Assembly: GCF_006345805.1 (NCBI RefSeq)
Contig: NC_043003.1
Span: 59,520,001 to 59,584,000 of the forward strand
Direction of reading: 5' to 3'
DNA: 64,000 bases
DNA from: Octopus sinensis
Lineage: Eukaryota
Made by a program: the position numbers and the translations under genes. Each line of letters opens with the position of its first letter. The first letter of the stretch is position 1. Shown piece after piece: positions 12,737 to 26,751 of this stretch. The notes under the pieces are model-generated. The model saw only the letters and a list, made by a program, of their open reading frames with translations. It ran no database searches and was not told the origin of the DNA.

Positions 12737-13050
12737 GCATACTTGCATACACACACATACATACATACATAAATACATACATACATACATACACACATAC
12801 ATACGTACATAAATACACAAGTATTGTGTATATGTGTTAGTGTATGTGTCATACATCGCATAGAAACGTTTTTCCTTGGCGTTCTATACTGAATTATTGA
12901 CATGCATTTGTGTTACTTTTTTTCTGATAAACAAGTATATACGTCTGTGTGTATACACATGCATACACATATCTATATTATACATGCGATTTAATATCAT
13001 AGAGATTACAGTATTTCTACACACAGATAGAAAAATATATATGCTTATAT

Positions 13051-13094
<44 letters not shown>

Positions 13095-13734
13095 GCTTAT
13101 ATATATATATATATATCTATATATATATATATGCTTATATACATACATATATATATAAGTTTAATTTTAAATTGTTTCAGCTTCAAAGCTGCGGTCATGC
13201 TGGGGCAACACACACACACACACATATACTTAAATATGTTTGCATTCAATATATATATATATATTCACATCTATGTGTCTATGTTTTTCAAAATGATATA
13301 TCCACTCATATAAATTCATACACACATATACTTGAACTTTATATATGCATAAATGTATGCATAAATACTTTTATATAATACACACACGTTTATAATGTAG
13401 TAGGCTATTGGATTATTTTGTGTACGTATTCATCTACATCTCTCTCCCACTCTCTCTCTCTCTCTCTATATATATATATTAATATATATATACATATATA
13501 TATATATATAATATATATATATAATATATATATATATAATATATATATATATATATGCATATATATACATATATTTACTTCTATGTATATATACACTACA
13601 TCTATATGCCTATCTTTATACATCTATAGTTACATATATCTATATGTCTGTCTGTCTAACTTTTATCTATCTATCTATATTATATATCTATATATTTGTA
13701 TACCTAAGTATGTGTGTTTCCCTCTGCGTGTGTT

Positions 13735-13784
<50 letters not shown>

Positions 13785-13850
13785 TGCTATTAAGTTAGAC
13801 ATGGCCTGGGCCAATAATGGCCGAAACCTATCAAAGTATCAAAGTATCAA

Positions 13851-13904
<54 letters not shown>

Positions 13905-13950
13905 TGTATGTATGTATGTATGTACGTATGTATATCTGTATATATGTATA
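12368..13950. repeat. Block of (TA)n, (TATG)n, (CA)n and (CT)n microsatellites
   Basis: Directly visible, with short unique spacers. Confidence 0.9.
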
Positions 13951-14159
13951 TATGATAGATAACTAGGTAACTAGAAGTCTCGTTTTCACAGATTAATGTG
14001 TCTCCGCTTATGATTCACGCATCTCTACACGCGTATAATACACTGAATTACAAGTTCACAACTCTACACAGAATTTTACACGTTAGAGAGGAAAATATTT
14101 TACAAGTCTATCAGCTCTACACTGCACACACGTTCTTCTTGCCCCACAGGCTTGCATGA

Positions 14160-15075
<916 letters not shown>

Positions 15076-15719
15076 CTTGTTTAGAGTAGCGAGGTGGCTT
15101 TTTCTATCTAATCCCTATTTGGTTCTCAGCATGTGTCAACTAGGTGACAGATTTCAGTATATATCCTTCCCGCCTTTACATTTTACTTTCGAAAAGCTGT
15201 AACAAGCTAGAGCATGTCTGTATGATTACAGGCCTATCTTGAGTGTGCGCGTATGCGTTTGTGTGCGTGTGTGTCCGCGTGTGTGTACGTATTTTGTTTG
15301 TGGAATAGAATTTTAACGCAAAAATCGAACGCTCAGACAGTGGGTAATCCTTGTGAAGTCACAATGAAGAGAAACGTCAGCGAAACTATATAATGCATTC
15401 CGTGTAGCAATGATTTACAGATATTCAAATTGTACTCAATATAAGACCTACAGTGCCTCGATAACATCTTTATTGTATCATTTTAGGAGCTGTTTCATTC
15501 AATGAAAAAATAATGTCTCATATCCGACACACCTGAGTCTTGTATCCGCAGAAGTAATAATTTGTTATGAAATATCCACTATTATTATGTGTATTATTGT
15601 TGCTGTTGCTGTTGTAACTTTTGATGAAGTCATTCATGTTGTTATAGCTGTTCTGTTCAAATACTATTGTTAGGCAACTATTATGATGATGTTTATAAAA
15701 TTTTCTTAGACTGTGTAAT

Positions 15720-16380
<661 letters not shown>

Positions 16381-16541
16381 GGTGCAGGCTTGGCTGTATG
16401 CTAACAAGCTTGGTTCCGAAAAATATGGTTCGATGTTCATCACACTGCGTGGCACTTCGGCACGTGTGTGTCAGTGTAGTCTCGTGCGGACCAAAACCTT
16501 GAAAGTGGATAAAAGTAGACGGAAACTGAAAGACGCTCGTC

Positions 16542-16609
<68 letters not shown>

Positions 16610-16725
16610 GCGTGTGTATGTGTGTCCCCATTTGTATCCGTATTTGTCCCTACCACCACCGCTTCAAAACCGGTGCTGGTGACTTTATGCCCCGTAACTA
16701 CTTTGCGCTTTGGCAAAAGAGACAC
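16381..16725 (+). mobile_element. SINE family A, 3'-truncated, with expanded internal (TA)n
   Basis: ttggctgtatgctaacaagcttgg...gtagacggaaactgaaagacgctcgtcg(TA)~30...ggcaaaagagac. Confidence 0.8.
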
Positions 16726-17329
16726 TGACCAAGATGGACGCTGTCTAATGGCGGAAACAATTTAAAGATAGAAGAAATGATATATACATTTGTACATATG
16801 TATAAACATATGTATAATATATATATATATATAGATATATATTATCTGTATATATATATATATATCTATATTAATATATATATATATATATATATATAGA
16901 TATATATATATATATATATATAGAGAGGAGATAGAGAGAAGAGAGTGAGAGAGGTAGAGATAAAGTGTACTTACTATTTTATATTAAATTTTATTTAAGT
17001 CTTATTTGTATATGCATCCTGTACTGGATTTTTTACAATACTCTTTCAATACTGATTATTAGTAGCAGTCGCTCGAAATTATTAGTGAATTATTACAATC
17101 AATATTTATAAAAGTGTATTCTTATTCCTGTTATTATTATCATTATTATAATTATCTTTATATTATCTCACTCAAATCTGGGTTGACGTTGCGTGTGTGA
17201 GCGTCATTTTATGTAACTCGTTGAGATTGCCTGAAATTTATCTGTGATATACGAATAAAATTTTAGCCCCTTTGCGCTCATAATATCTATACACACAAGC
17301 ACGTGTATACAAAACACCCCCCCCCCATA

Positions 17330-17413
17330 TATATATATATAATTGTGCACACATTAATTTATCTATCTACCATCAATCTATCTATCTATCTATCAATCTA
17401 TCTATCTTTCTCC

Positions 17414-17483
<70 letters not shown>

Positions 17484-17976
17484 GTCTATCTATCTATCTA
17501 TCCGTCTGCCTGTCTGTTCGTCAATGTGTTTGTCTGTACAAAATTTATCTATCTATCTATCTCTCTCTATATATTCTTATCTATCTGTCTATGTATATGT
17601 GTGTGTATGTGAATGTGCGTGCGTGCGCGCGCGCGCGTGTGTGTTTGTGTGCGTGTGTGTGATTTGTAGGCAATACCTTCTTAGGGAAATAAATCATATA
17701 CCAATAACGCCAATAAATAAACTTTAATGAATAACCTAGGAGCTGTAAAAACGTATTCATACCCAAACAGTTCCACTTGATAAAATTCAACTGCGGCACG
17801 TAGGCTCAACAATAAATCATGAATATGTTTAGAAGATATATATTTCAAAACGTTGATATGTGATGTGCATACATATCTCATGCTAGTTTGCAGGACTCAT
17901 TAAGCATAGAAACACATGCGCACACACACATTCACACACACACACACACACACACATACACACACAAACAGACACA

Positions 17977-18010
<34 letters not shown>

Positions 18011-18520
18011 AATGTACACTCTATGTACGGATATGTGTTTTGAGGATGCATGATATATATATATATATATACACTTTATTTAAAAGCTGTAGAAATATAA
18101 CAAAAGCTGTTACTCAGAGTTTCATGTTGCCATTCGTCAGACTTTCCAACTTGCTTCTCATTTATGTGCTTGCTCCGGTATATATATATGTATGCATATT
18201 ATATATATATATAATATTGTATATTATATATATACATATAATATATATATGTTATACACATATATATATGTAAATATAATATATATACGTATATATAATA
18301 TATATTTTACAGATATATATAATATATGTATATGCATGTATGTATATATGTGTGTATGAATATATAATATATATAAATATATTATATATACATATATATG
18401 CTTAATATATATACATATATATATATATATGCATATAAACATACATACATACATATATATATATATAATATATATATATATATATAATATATATATATAA
18501 TATATATTTATCTACATATA
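17330..18520. repeat. (TATC)n, (TG)n, (CA)n and (TA)n microsatellite block
   Basis: Directly visible. Confidence 0.85.
18072..18180 (-). mobile_element. Penelope-like terminal-repeat fragment with hammerhead core (family also at 25148, 48650, 50668 and 50848)
   Basis: Minus strand CTGACGA-ATG(gcaa)CAT-GAAACTCTGAGTA. It shares aaaagcagc..aaatat..caa...tgttactc with 50668 and 50945, and its end tttatgtgcttgctccggta is the inverse of the start of the 25148 piece. Confidence 0.6.
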
Positions 18521-18598
18521 CGTACTTATAAAGTAAAAGATAGGTCTGTAGAATTAAATATAACCCTAGTATATATTGCGCATGTTTGTGCTTGTGCG

Positions 18599-18698
18599 NN
18601 NNNNNNNNNNNNNNNNNNNNNNNNNNNNNNNNNNNNNNNNNNNNNNNNNNNNNNNNNNNNNNNNNNNNNNNNNNNNNNNNNNNNNNNNNNNNNNNNNN
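18599..18698. other. Assembly gap (100 N)
   Basis: Exactly 100 N, typical of a gap of unknown size; contiguity across it is unproven. Confidence 0.98.
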
Positions 18699-19030
18699 TA
18701 CATTTTTATTATTATATTTTTGATTATTATATTTTCTTATGAAATTTCCATAGTTACCCAAAATAAAATAAATGGAAAGATTAAATTCACATTTAGAATG
18801 AAGGATTTCCAGGCCCCTACCGACATTAGTCACTGTTGCATCATTTATGTCGAATCGTCTTGAAGACATAGACCAGAGCAAACGATACATATCTACACAC
18901 ACTCCACACCCATCACACACACAATCGAGCGCGCGCGCGCACAGACACAATCACACAACACACACGCGCGCGCGCCGCAGAGCCAAGCTGTAACCGAAAC
19001 TGGTCTGAACGGGAAAAATTACTGCTTTTC

Positions 19031-19101
19031 GTAAGTATTTGAAACCTCAATAATCATTTTAATAATCCTTTAAGCGTATATGCTAATTATTTCTTTTTCA
19101 G
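19031..19101 (+). other. Candidate 71-nt spliceosomal intron
   Basis: GTAAGT donor at 19031, branch-like tgCTAAT at 19081-19087, and ttatttctttttCAG acceptor ending 19101. Confidence 0.5.
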
Positions 19102-19436
19102 ACGCTTCATGGAAATAAGAAAAAAATGATAAATGGTGTATCCTTGAAATGACTTCCGTAGTTCGAATATCTGCAACAGAATACATTCCACAAGAGGCAT
19201 GCAACAAAGATGCTAGAGTTAAACTGAGTGATGTTTAAAAGTCTGCCCTCAATTGAAAACTCCCTTAAGTGCCGTACATATGATATATGTGTGCAGCCGG
19301 CTGCATTTGATCGAGTCGATATTTTGAACAACCATTCTAAATATATTCGAGTAAATAGCTCGTTCTGCCAGTATTATGTTGTGTCTTCAAATTATTCAGT
19401 CCACTTACAAATATTTTTTAAAACTTTTATAACGAA

Positions 19437-19584
19437 TTAGCGGTTCGGCAAAGAGACCGATAGAATAAGTACTGGGCTTACAAAAAGAATAAGTCCCGGG
19501 GTCGATTTACTCGACTAAAGGCGGTGCTCCAGCACTGGCCGCAGTCAATGCTGACGCGAAACCCGTCAAGTACAAAAAAAATAG
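19437..19584 (+). mobile_element. SINE family A, 3' part
   Basis: ttagcggttcggcaaagagaccgatagaataagtact...ggcggtgctccagca. Confidence 0.85.
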
Positions 19585-19685
19585 AAAATGCTAGCTAATG
19601 TTTATTCCCCACATGCAAAACATCCCACTGTTTCTCTGGGTGTACTAATGAAAAAACAGTCTACTATTTTTAAAGTTATATTTTC

Positions 19686-19738
19686 AGTGGCTGTGTGGTA
19701 AGAAGCTTGCTTCCCAACCATATGGTTCCGGGTTCAGT
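19686..19738 (+). mobile_element. SINE family A, head only
   Basis: gtggctgtgtggtaagaagcttgcttcccaaccatatggttccgggttcagt. Confidence 0.8.
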
Positions 19739-20086
19739 TAAGGTGTATTCCTTTAGGAACGTAGCAGAATACAAAATACAGCTCGTTCGGTCCAGAATTA
19801 CTAAATAGCCGGTAGTATTACGTTATACTTCCAAGTCTAGGTTTAGTCATTCATCACGTGTTAGCACCGAAGTCAAAGATTTACTAACAGGGACAGCAAT
19901 AGTATACCACCAGAGGAGATAAAACTGGATTCCATTATACAGGTAAACCGTTGCTTCATTTAAATCTTGTGTATTGTAGATCTACGTTGCATCGAAACAT
20001 GTGTAGTGTTTATTAGATAGCTGTCCAACCGTACTCCTTGTTGACTCTATTTTATTCAATTATTTATATATATATATTCTATATAT

Positions 20087-20989
20087 ATATGTTAATAAAT
20101 AGAACATATGCATATATATAAACAATATATGTACGTACCTACCTCTACATGTACATATACACGCATATATGTGTACAGGACACCAAAAAGACGTCGAACA
20201 CATAGAGAGACGAAACACATAGCACAAACCAAGGAACGACAAGCAAAAAAAGAGAGATACAGGACAATAAGCCACCAAAAACGAAAATCCCCTTCTTCAG
20301 TCGCTAAGGTTTCATCTACTAAACGTTTCGAAGGATAAAAGCGAGACGTATAATTCGAAGAAACTTCCTTTTCCGCGAAAAGCAAATCAATTAAAATTCT
20401 GAGATCTTTCGCAGAGGGGTAAAAAAAAAGCAAGACGGTAACGACAGTACAAACATATAAACAGTAAAAAATATATATATAAACAGTGGAAAAATAAATA
20501 TATAACAGTGAGAGACTGACAGGAGAACAGATAAGAAGGGCTGTTAACGCCAGACGAAAAAAGTATTGGCAAACGCTGGATTATCGTGGACCGACGAGAG
20601 AGAGAAAATGTGTCGACCAGTAGCCTTAGAAGGCGGGCGAGAAAAAGACAGGATAGCAGTTACGCGGAAGTATCGTCGCAGATGGACGACGGAATGGGGA
20701 AGGAGGAGCAAGAGGAAGAGAGAGAAGAAGGGAATGGTGCGAGGAGACCATGAAGAATGGTGAAAGGGAGAGAGAGAATGAAGAATGAGAGAGAGAGGAA
20801 GAGACAAGTTAAGTGAGGGAAAAAAAGACGAAAAAGGGAATGGGAGAGAAAGAAAGAAAGATGCAGAGTCGCGTGAGAGTTTTAATATCAAGGCTAACTT
20901 GATAAACAGAACAATCTTACTTAATAGGGTGCGTGCGTTTAGTAGTCGTATAATATGTTAATAAAATAGAACTATGCATATATATAAAC

Positions 20990-20990
<1 letters not shown>
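20087..20990 (-). mobile_element. Non-coding Penelope-like element with about 38-bp terminal direct repeats
   Basis: atatgttaataaa(a)tagaac(a)tatgcatatatataaaca at 20087-20124 and 20953-20990, strong strand asymmetry, HHR-like motif, homologous to 45165-45691. The Penelope-like assignment is inferred; no ORF. Confidence 0.6.
20287..20350 (-). ncRNA. Putative non-circularly permuted hammerhead ribozyme (copy A)
   Basis: Minus strand: t ACGT C | TCGCT ttt ATCCTTC GAAACGT ..17 nt.. AGCGA CTGAAGA AGGGGAT. GUC site between 20345 and 20344. Confidence 0.6.
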
Positions 20991-21043
<53 letters not shown>

Positions 21044-21230
21044 TAAAAATGAAGTTCGAAAATGTTGCTGTATTATACCATTTTTAATTTTTATATATAT
21101 ACATTATAACATGTTTCATTTCCTGACTAAATGAACTTTATCAAAAAAGTTATATATAAAAAAAGACAGCTCATGCCGTCAAACCAAGAAATTCATTTAA
21201 ATACACAACGGAGTCAGACATCTTAGAGTC

Positions 21231-21274
21231 CATGTATAGTTGATATATAGTTCATGTATAGTTGATATATAGTT
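21231..21274. repeat. 22-bp tandem duplication
   Basis: catgtatagttgatatatagtt x2. Confidence 0.9.
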
Positions 21275-21413
21275 TGAAGTATATGTTCAAAGTGTTCGAT
21301 GCAGTGGCCCACGGTGGCGATACGTATTCAATACAAAAAACAGATCAAAGTGGTGGAAAGCGGTCAATACAGAAGATTGATGTTTCCGAAAGAGCGAGGA
21401 ATTCATTTATATA

Positions 21414-21449
<36 letters not shown>

Positions 21450-21499
21450 TGTATCTGTATGTATGTATGTATGCATGTATGTATGTATGTATGTATATG

Positions 21500-21712
21500 T
21501 ATGTTTGTGTGTCGATGTTTGTCCCCTCTCCATCGCTTGACAACCGATATTGCTGTGTTTAAGTAACCGTAACTTAGCGGGTCGGCAAAATACACTGATA
21601 AAATAAGTATTAGGTTTACAAAGAATAAGTCCTGGGTTCGATTTGTTCGACTATGTTCCAGTATAGCCGCAGTCAAACGACCGAAACAAGTAAAAGAATA
21701 AAATAATAAAAG
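21500..21712 (+). mobile_element. SINE family A, 3' half
   Basis: tttgtccc..catcgcttgacaaccgat...aagaataagtcctgggttcgatttgttcgacta. Confidence 0.85.
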
Positions 21713-21880
21713 AAATTATTTCTTGACCAATCCGCAAATGCAATATCGAATAGTTTACGCATACCAACATTTCAGAATTCAGTCCAAAGCTTCTCTGCGT
21801 GTTATTGTGGAAAAAATAATTCTCTTACTCTGAAACATGAACTTTCACATATGTATGTTAAGCTTCTATATTTATATATT

Positions 21881-21937
21881 ATCCTATCGTAATTATTACT
21901 TATGCAAACATCCTATCGTAATTATTACTTATGCAAT
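21881..21937. repeat. 29-bp tandem duplication
   Basis: atcctatcgtaattattacttatgcaa(ac) x2. Confidence 0.9.
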
Positions 21938-22379
21938 CAAACCTATTGTTTATAATATAAAAGCATGTTTGAGTGTCACCTAAGAAAGTGAATATAAGTG
22001 TGTCTGCGGGAGTATGTATATGTAATAAGTTTGTACCAAAGATATTAAATAAAAAAAAAATATTAAATACTACACATTTATAAATGGTAATTTTTAACAG
22101 GATGCTATTCCACAGAAAGCGCTGAAGATAAAGTAAACAGGTAAATATTTCGTATGATACATATCTACCTGGTTCTTGCCATCAAAACCTAAAATTTTCA
22201 CATAATTCTTCTTCATTTGCTTTTAATATCATATAAATTGAATAAATTACAAAGTATGGTTGAGATTATAATACAGAAAGTGTTAAAATATACAGTGCAA
22301 TAAGAAAATATATATATGAACCCAGTTATTACTCACACACACACAGACATTTACAGACATATCGGGACACAAACATACA

Positions 22380-22391
22380 GAGAAATAAAGC

Positions 22392-22437
<46 letters not shown>

Positions 22438-22669
22438 GAGTGAGAGAGGGGTAATACTTTACTTATGGAAGGTTATGGTGCCAATAAGGTATGTATGCAT
22501 ATATCTATATACACACAAATAATTATATCTATCTGTTTCACTCTCTCTCTCTTTCTCTCTCACACGCACACACTATATATATATGTATGTGCGTATACTA
22601 TATATATATATATCATATATATATATATATAGACTATATTACTATATATGTATGTATATATATATATAT

Positions 22670-22709
<40 letters not shown>

Positions 22710-22877
22710 GATATATATATATATAGTTATATATGTATGTATATATATATATAACAAGATACGAAAATGGAGAAATACATCTAAATCAAATATCAATTAC
22801 CAGATAATACTCAATCATATATGTATATATATATATAGATATGTAACACATGTATATCATATCATATATATATGTAT

Positions 22878-22916
<39 letters not shown>

Positions 22917-23060
22917 AAACACAATATATCATAGATTTTGTACATTTTATATATATATATATATATAATATATATATATATAATATTATAAAATGACACA
23001 TCTTGATATATATGTGTTATACAGATATGAATATGTGTATGTGTGTACGTGTGCATTATA
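22380..23060. repeat. (GA)n, (CT)n and (TA)n microsatellite block
   Basis: Directly visible. Confidence 0.9.
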
Positions 23061-24875
23061 TACACATACAATTTCCGTGTACAAGATATAACGAAAGTAT
23101 AATAGATAGCAATATAGCCATAGAACGAAAATAGTGAAATAGCGGGCGGAAAAAATCATGCGTAAAACAAAGCAAAATGTCAGAGTTTGAATTTTTATAG
23201 AACAGTGCACTTTGTGACCTAGAAATTATAATTTGTCGTGATGAGATAGAGAAAAGCAAACGGAAGCTGCTTGATTTTTATAGATGTTTAATGATTATTT
23301 CAGGCAATTTTATTTAATTTATTTTTATTATACATCTCGTTGATATTCAAGTGATCCATTGTTTGTTTCAGAGTTTTGCGAAAGGTAAATACATACTGTA
23401 AATATAAACACAAAGATCAAAACACATTTAGAAGTGGCTCAAGTGTGTTCTTGCTTATAGTTTGTGAATTTTATAAAGTTATTTCAATTTTCCTTTCGTT
23501 TAAAGTGTAACTAAATTATCTATGAGTACATTCAAATGAACAAATGACTTTCATCGTTTATTTGTTTCAGGCATTGGACTGTGTCCATTCTGGGGCACCG
23601 CCTTGAAGGGTTTTAGTCGAAATAATACCTCACCTAATGCTTATTGTTTGTTAGTGTTTGGTTATTCTAACGGGTACCTGTAGTTTACGCGTTAGTATTT
23701 CGGAGTTGATAGAAAAAGTACCAGTTAACCATTGAGATCGAGATAATCAACTTTCTCCATCATATAAAATTGCTGACCTTGTGCCTAAATAACAAGAAAA
23801 GAATATTTAATATTATCGTTACCTGTAACGAAGAGTATATGCTTCATATTTATAGAAATGGAAGTATATCATGTGACGTTTGAGCTTCTTACAAAGCTAT
23901 GTGGTTGTGATGGTGATGATGAATATCTATCATTCGATATAAGGATTCGTTTTCGGTGAAATGAATTACCTGCTCTTGGATTAAAGTTAAAGTGGCTGAG
24001 CATTTCGCAGACAAGTATAATCTTAATGTGATACTCGGGCAGGAATAGCATGACGTTGTGTGTGACAAGATTTTAACTTTTTTAATTATAAGTACAAATT
24101 GATCGACATGTTTCTATTCAGTTTCCATGAAATCAGTTTCATTTAGAAGGCATGGATATACCCGAGTATATAGACAATCATTTTGCGCAACAAGTCGCGT
24201 CGCGGGATCGAACCTAGGTCACTATGGTTGTGAAGCGAAATTTTCAACCATTTGACTATATACTTCATCATCATAAAATGCAGGTTATTACTGTATCGAA
24301 TCCAACTTCTCATATGGCTGGCAACCACGGCTCGATAGCGTATAAGTGACCGAGATCACAACACCCTCGATACTCCTCAAATTCTAAAATATTATCAGAG
24401 AAGCATCACTTTTCAAAGAAGTATAGTTTTTCATAAACACTATTCAAAAGAGTTAACCATAAAAGTATTTGGTGCCACTTTTTGGTCCGCTCGGTTTGTT
24501 TGGTGGATAACTTGGGGGGTGTATTCTAACAAGCCACACACCACTGAAAGTCGAAAATTCGCAATCTGAAAAATTCATTTACTTGTCTTTCCTTCGAAAT
24601 AATGTATTTTAAGTGATTTAGATATAGCTTGGATGTATCACAATTCAGATGTTAAACGGAAACTATAGAAATGTGGACTATACATATGGAAAAAGGTTAA
24701 TAATTGAAACGAATGACGATAAAAATGCGCTTACGCCTGTAGTTACAAAATCACTATTTAAAATTTTAGAGAGAAAATATCACATTCAAATGCTGACTTC
24801 ATGCAAGCTTCGAACTATTTCTGTACACTACATTGTCGCAAAATATGTGTAATATTGCTAAACTGGTAGAAGTGT

Positions 24876-24925
<50 letters not shown>

Positions 24926-25134
24926 AGAGTAGTAGTAGTAGTTGAGGTAGCTCTGCCACTCTATAGCGAGTTTTCCGTTTGAAGATACCTTCTCCATCTC
25001 TCGTGTCTTGGTAGGCTTGTGAAGTGCCACAGAGTTATTGGTCCCTCCCAGGGTAAAAGTATTATGTACACCCACATATATATATGCACACATAAATATA
25101 TATATGTAGAAACACACACACATATATATTTATG

Positions 25135-25175
<41 letters not shown>

Positions 25176-25257
25176 CCGGAGTAAACACTAAATGTGAAAC
25201 AAGGTGGAAAAAAGATTACTCAAATACCAGTGGTAGAGTAATATGCTTTAAATAAAG

Positions 25258-25289
<32 letters not shown>

Positions 25290-25469
25290 CGCGTGTGTGC
25301 GTATGTATGTCTGTATAACGGTTGTAAAACTTCACGTACATAGTATTACTTAACCCATGGCATTGTTAGCGGTGTAGAGGAATCGAACCCGTTACTATTT
25401 CATCCTTCTTAAACAGATAACTTCGGCAGCGTCTGTCACAAGCCTTGATATACTTATTAACAGTAACAA

Positions 25470-26600
25470 TAGGACTGCTTCTTTTTTTTATTCTTCATAC
25501 GCACCAGTTCATTTCCTTCATGTCACAAATGCATTAGGCAATGTCTTCGGTATCAAGCAGTCTTATATTTAGTCCATAAGTACGAAGAAATATATCTATG
25601 TCAAAAATCAATAATATTCTAAGTAGATGTAGATTTATGTGTTGTTCTATATTGATAAATCTTCTGTTATGATGGTGATATGTCACATTAAACTTCCTGT
25701 ATATCTTGTACGTAGCTTTTAGGTCATTGCTAGTTAATGGAATTGCATGCGGTTCACGATATTTTTAAAGATATTGTATTGTGGGGAACAAAGTTTGTTT
25801 TCCCTGAGGTAAACCCATCTGGCGTCGTTTTCTGATTGTTTCAGGATATTATTAATCTAACATTTGAGTTATCAGCAGAATATTTCTACCCAGGAGGTTA
25901 TAGCTATTCAACTTAGACCAGGTGTATTCGGATTGCTTCTGGAGACCACAATAATTATTCCAGTTTTCATGCGCTTGCTCTAAAACCTATTTTCTTCCTT
26001 ATATTGTTTTATTATATTTTGAGATCCGCCATGTTGTTTCTCCGCCCCAACATATTTCTTTCCCCAAGCCTCTTTATTTCTTCTTTCAACAGCAGTTTCC
26101 TGTATTTTGCTTATTTCTTTATTTAGCTTCCGATAAAGATCTTTCGATTTGTTTCAAGCAGATTTTTTTAATTCGAAAAACAAAATTCGTTGTCTTAAAC
26201 TACTACTTCATCCCTTTGGGGCTCCAGCTTAGAATTTCTGCCTTGCTCGTTTCTTTAAAGCATTTTGTGTGCAGGTTATTTTTATTTTCATTTTGTCTTT
26301 TTGCTGATATTTTTTTTCCAACTGACTTCTTTCCCTATTTCGGGTCTCTTCATATTTAATTGGCATAATCCTGACAGATCAGCTTCCTCTCTTATTTTTC
26401 CTCTGCCTTTTCTTTTACTTTTTAAAACATTACCTCTAAGGTGACGGTATGCTGTTCTGTAGTTCATAAGAATGGTCTCCGAGTAGTTATTACCTCTGTG
26501 CAAACAATTTCTGTTGCACACTAAGAGCCTTCGACGCGACCGAATCCTTTTGGTACGTTTTCTTTTATTCGTACAATTCTCTAAGGCTATGTATTCTCAC
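25470..26600 (-). mobile_element. Heavily decayed non-LTR retrotransposon RT, probably R4/Dong clade
   Basis: Minus-strand remnants PDGFTSGKTNFVP, K(K)YR and YKIY, consistent with the R4-type PEWLTxGxTxLIPK...KNYRPI..YK. Very degenerate. Confidence 0.4.
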
Positions 26601-26649
26601 AGCTACATATTTATTTTTCTACCACTTTCTAATCGGTTCCGAATATAAT

Positions 26650-26720
26650 ATTGCTTTCATCATCATGGTCATCATCATCATCATCACAATCCTCGTCCTC
26701 CCTCCCATCCCTCCTCCTCC

Positions 26721-26751
<31 letters not shown>

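Noticed and set aside
18780-18900. Minus-strand exon MYRLLWSMSSRRFDINDATVTNVGRGLEILHSK
   Set aside because: Weak splice sites, no recognisable homology, and adjacent to the assembly gap.
19545-19575. ctgacgcgaaacccgtc as a collapsed hammerhead
   Set aside because: It lies at the position of the SINE A tail (tgactgaaac) and lacks stems I and II.
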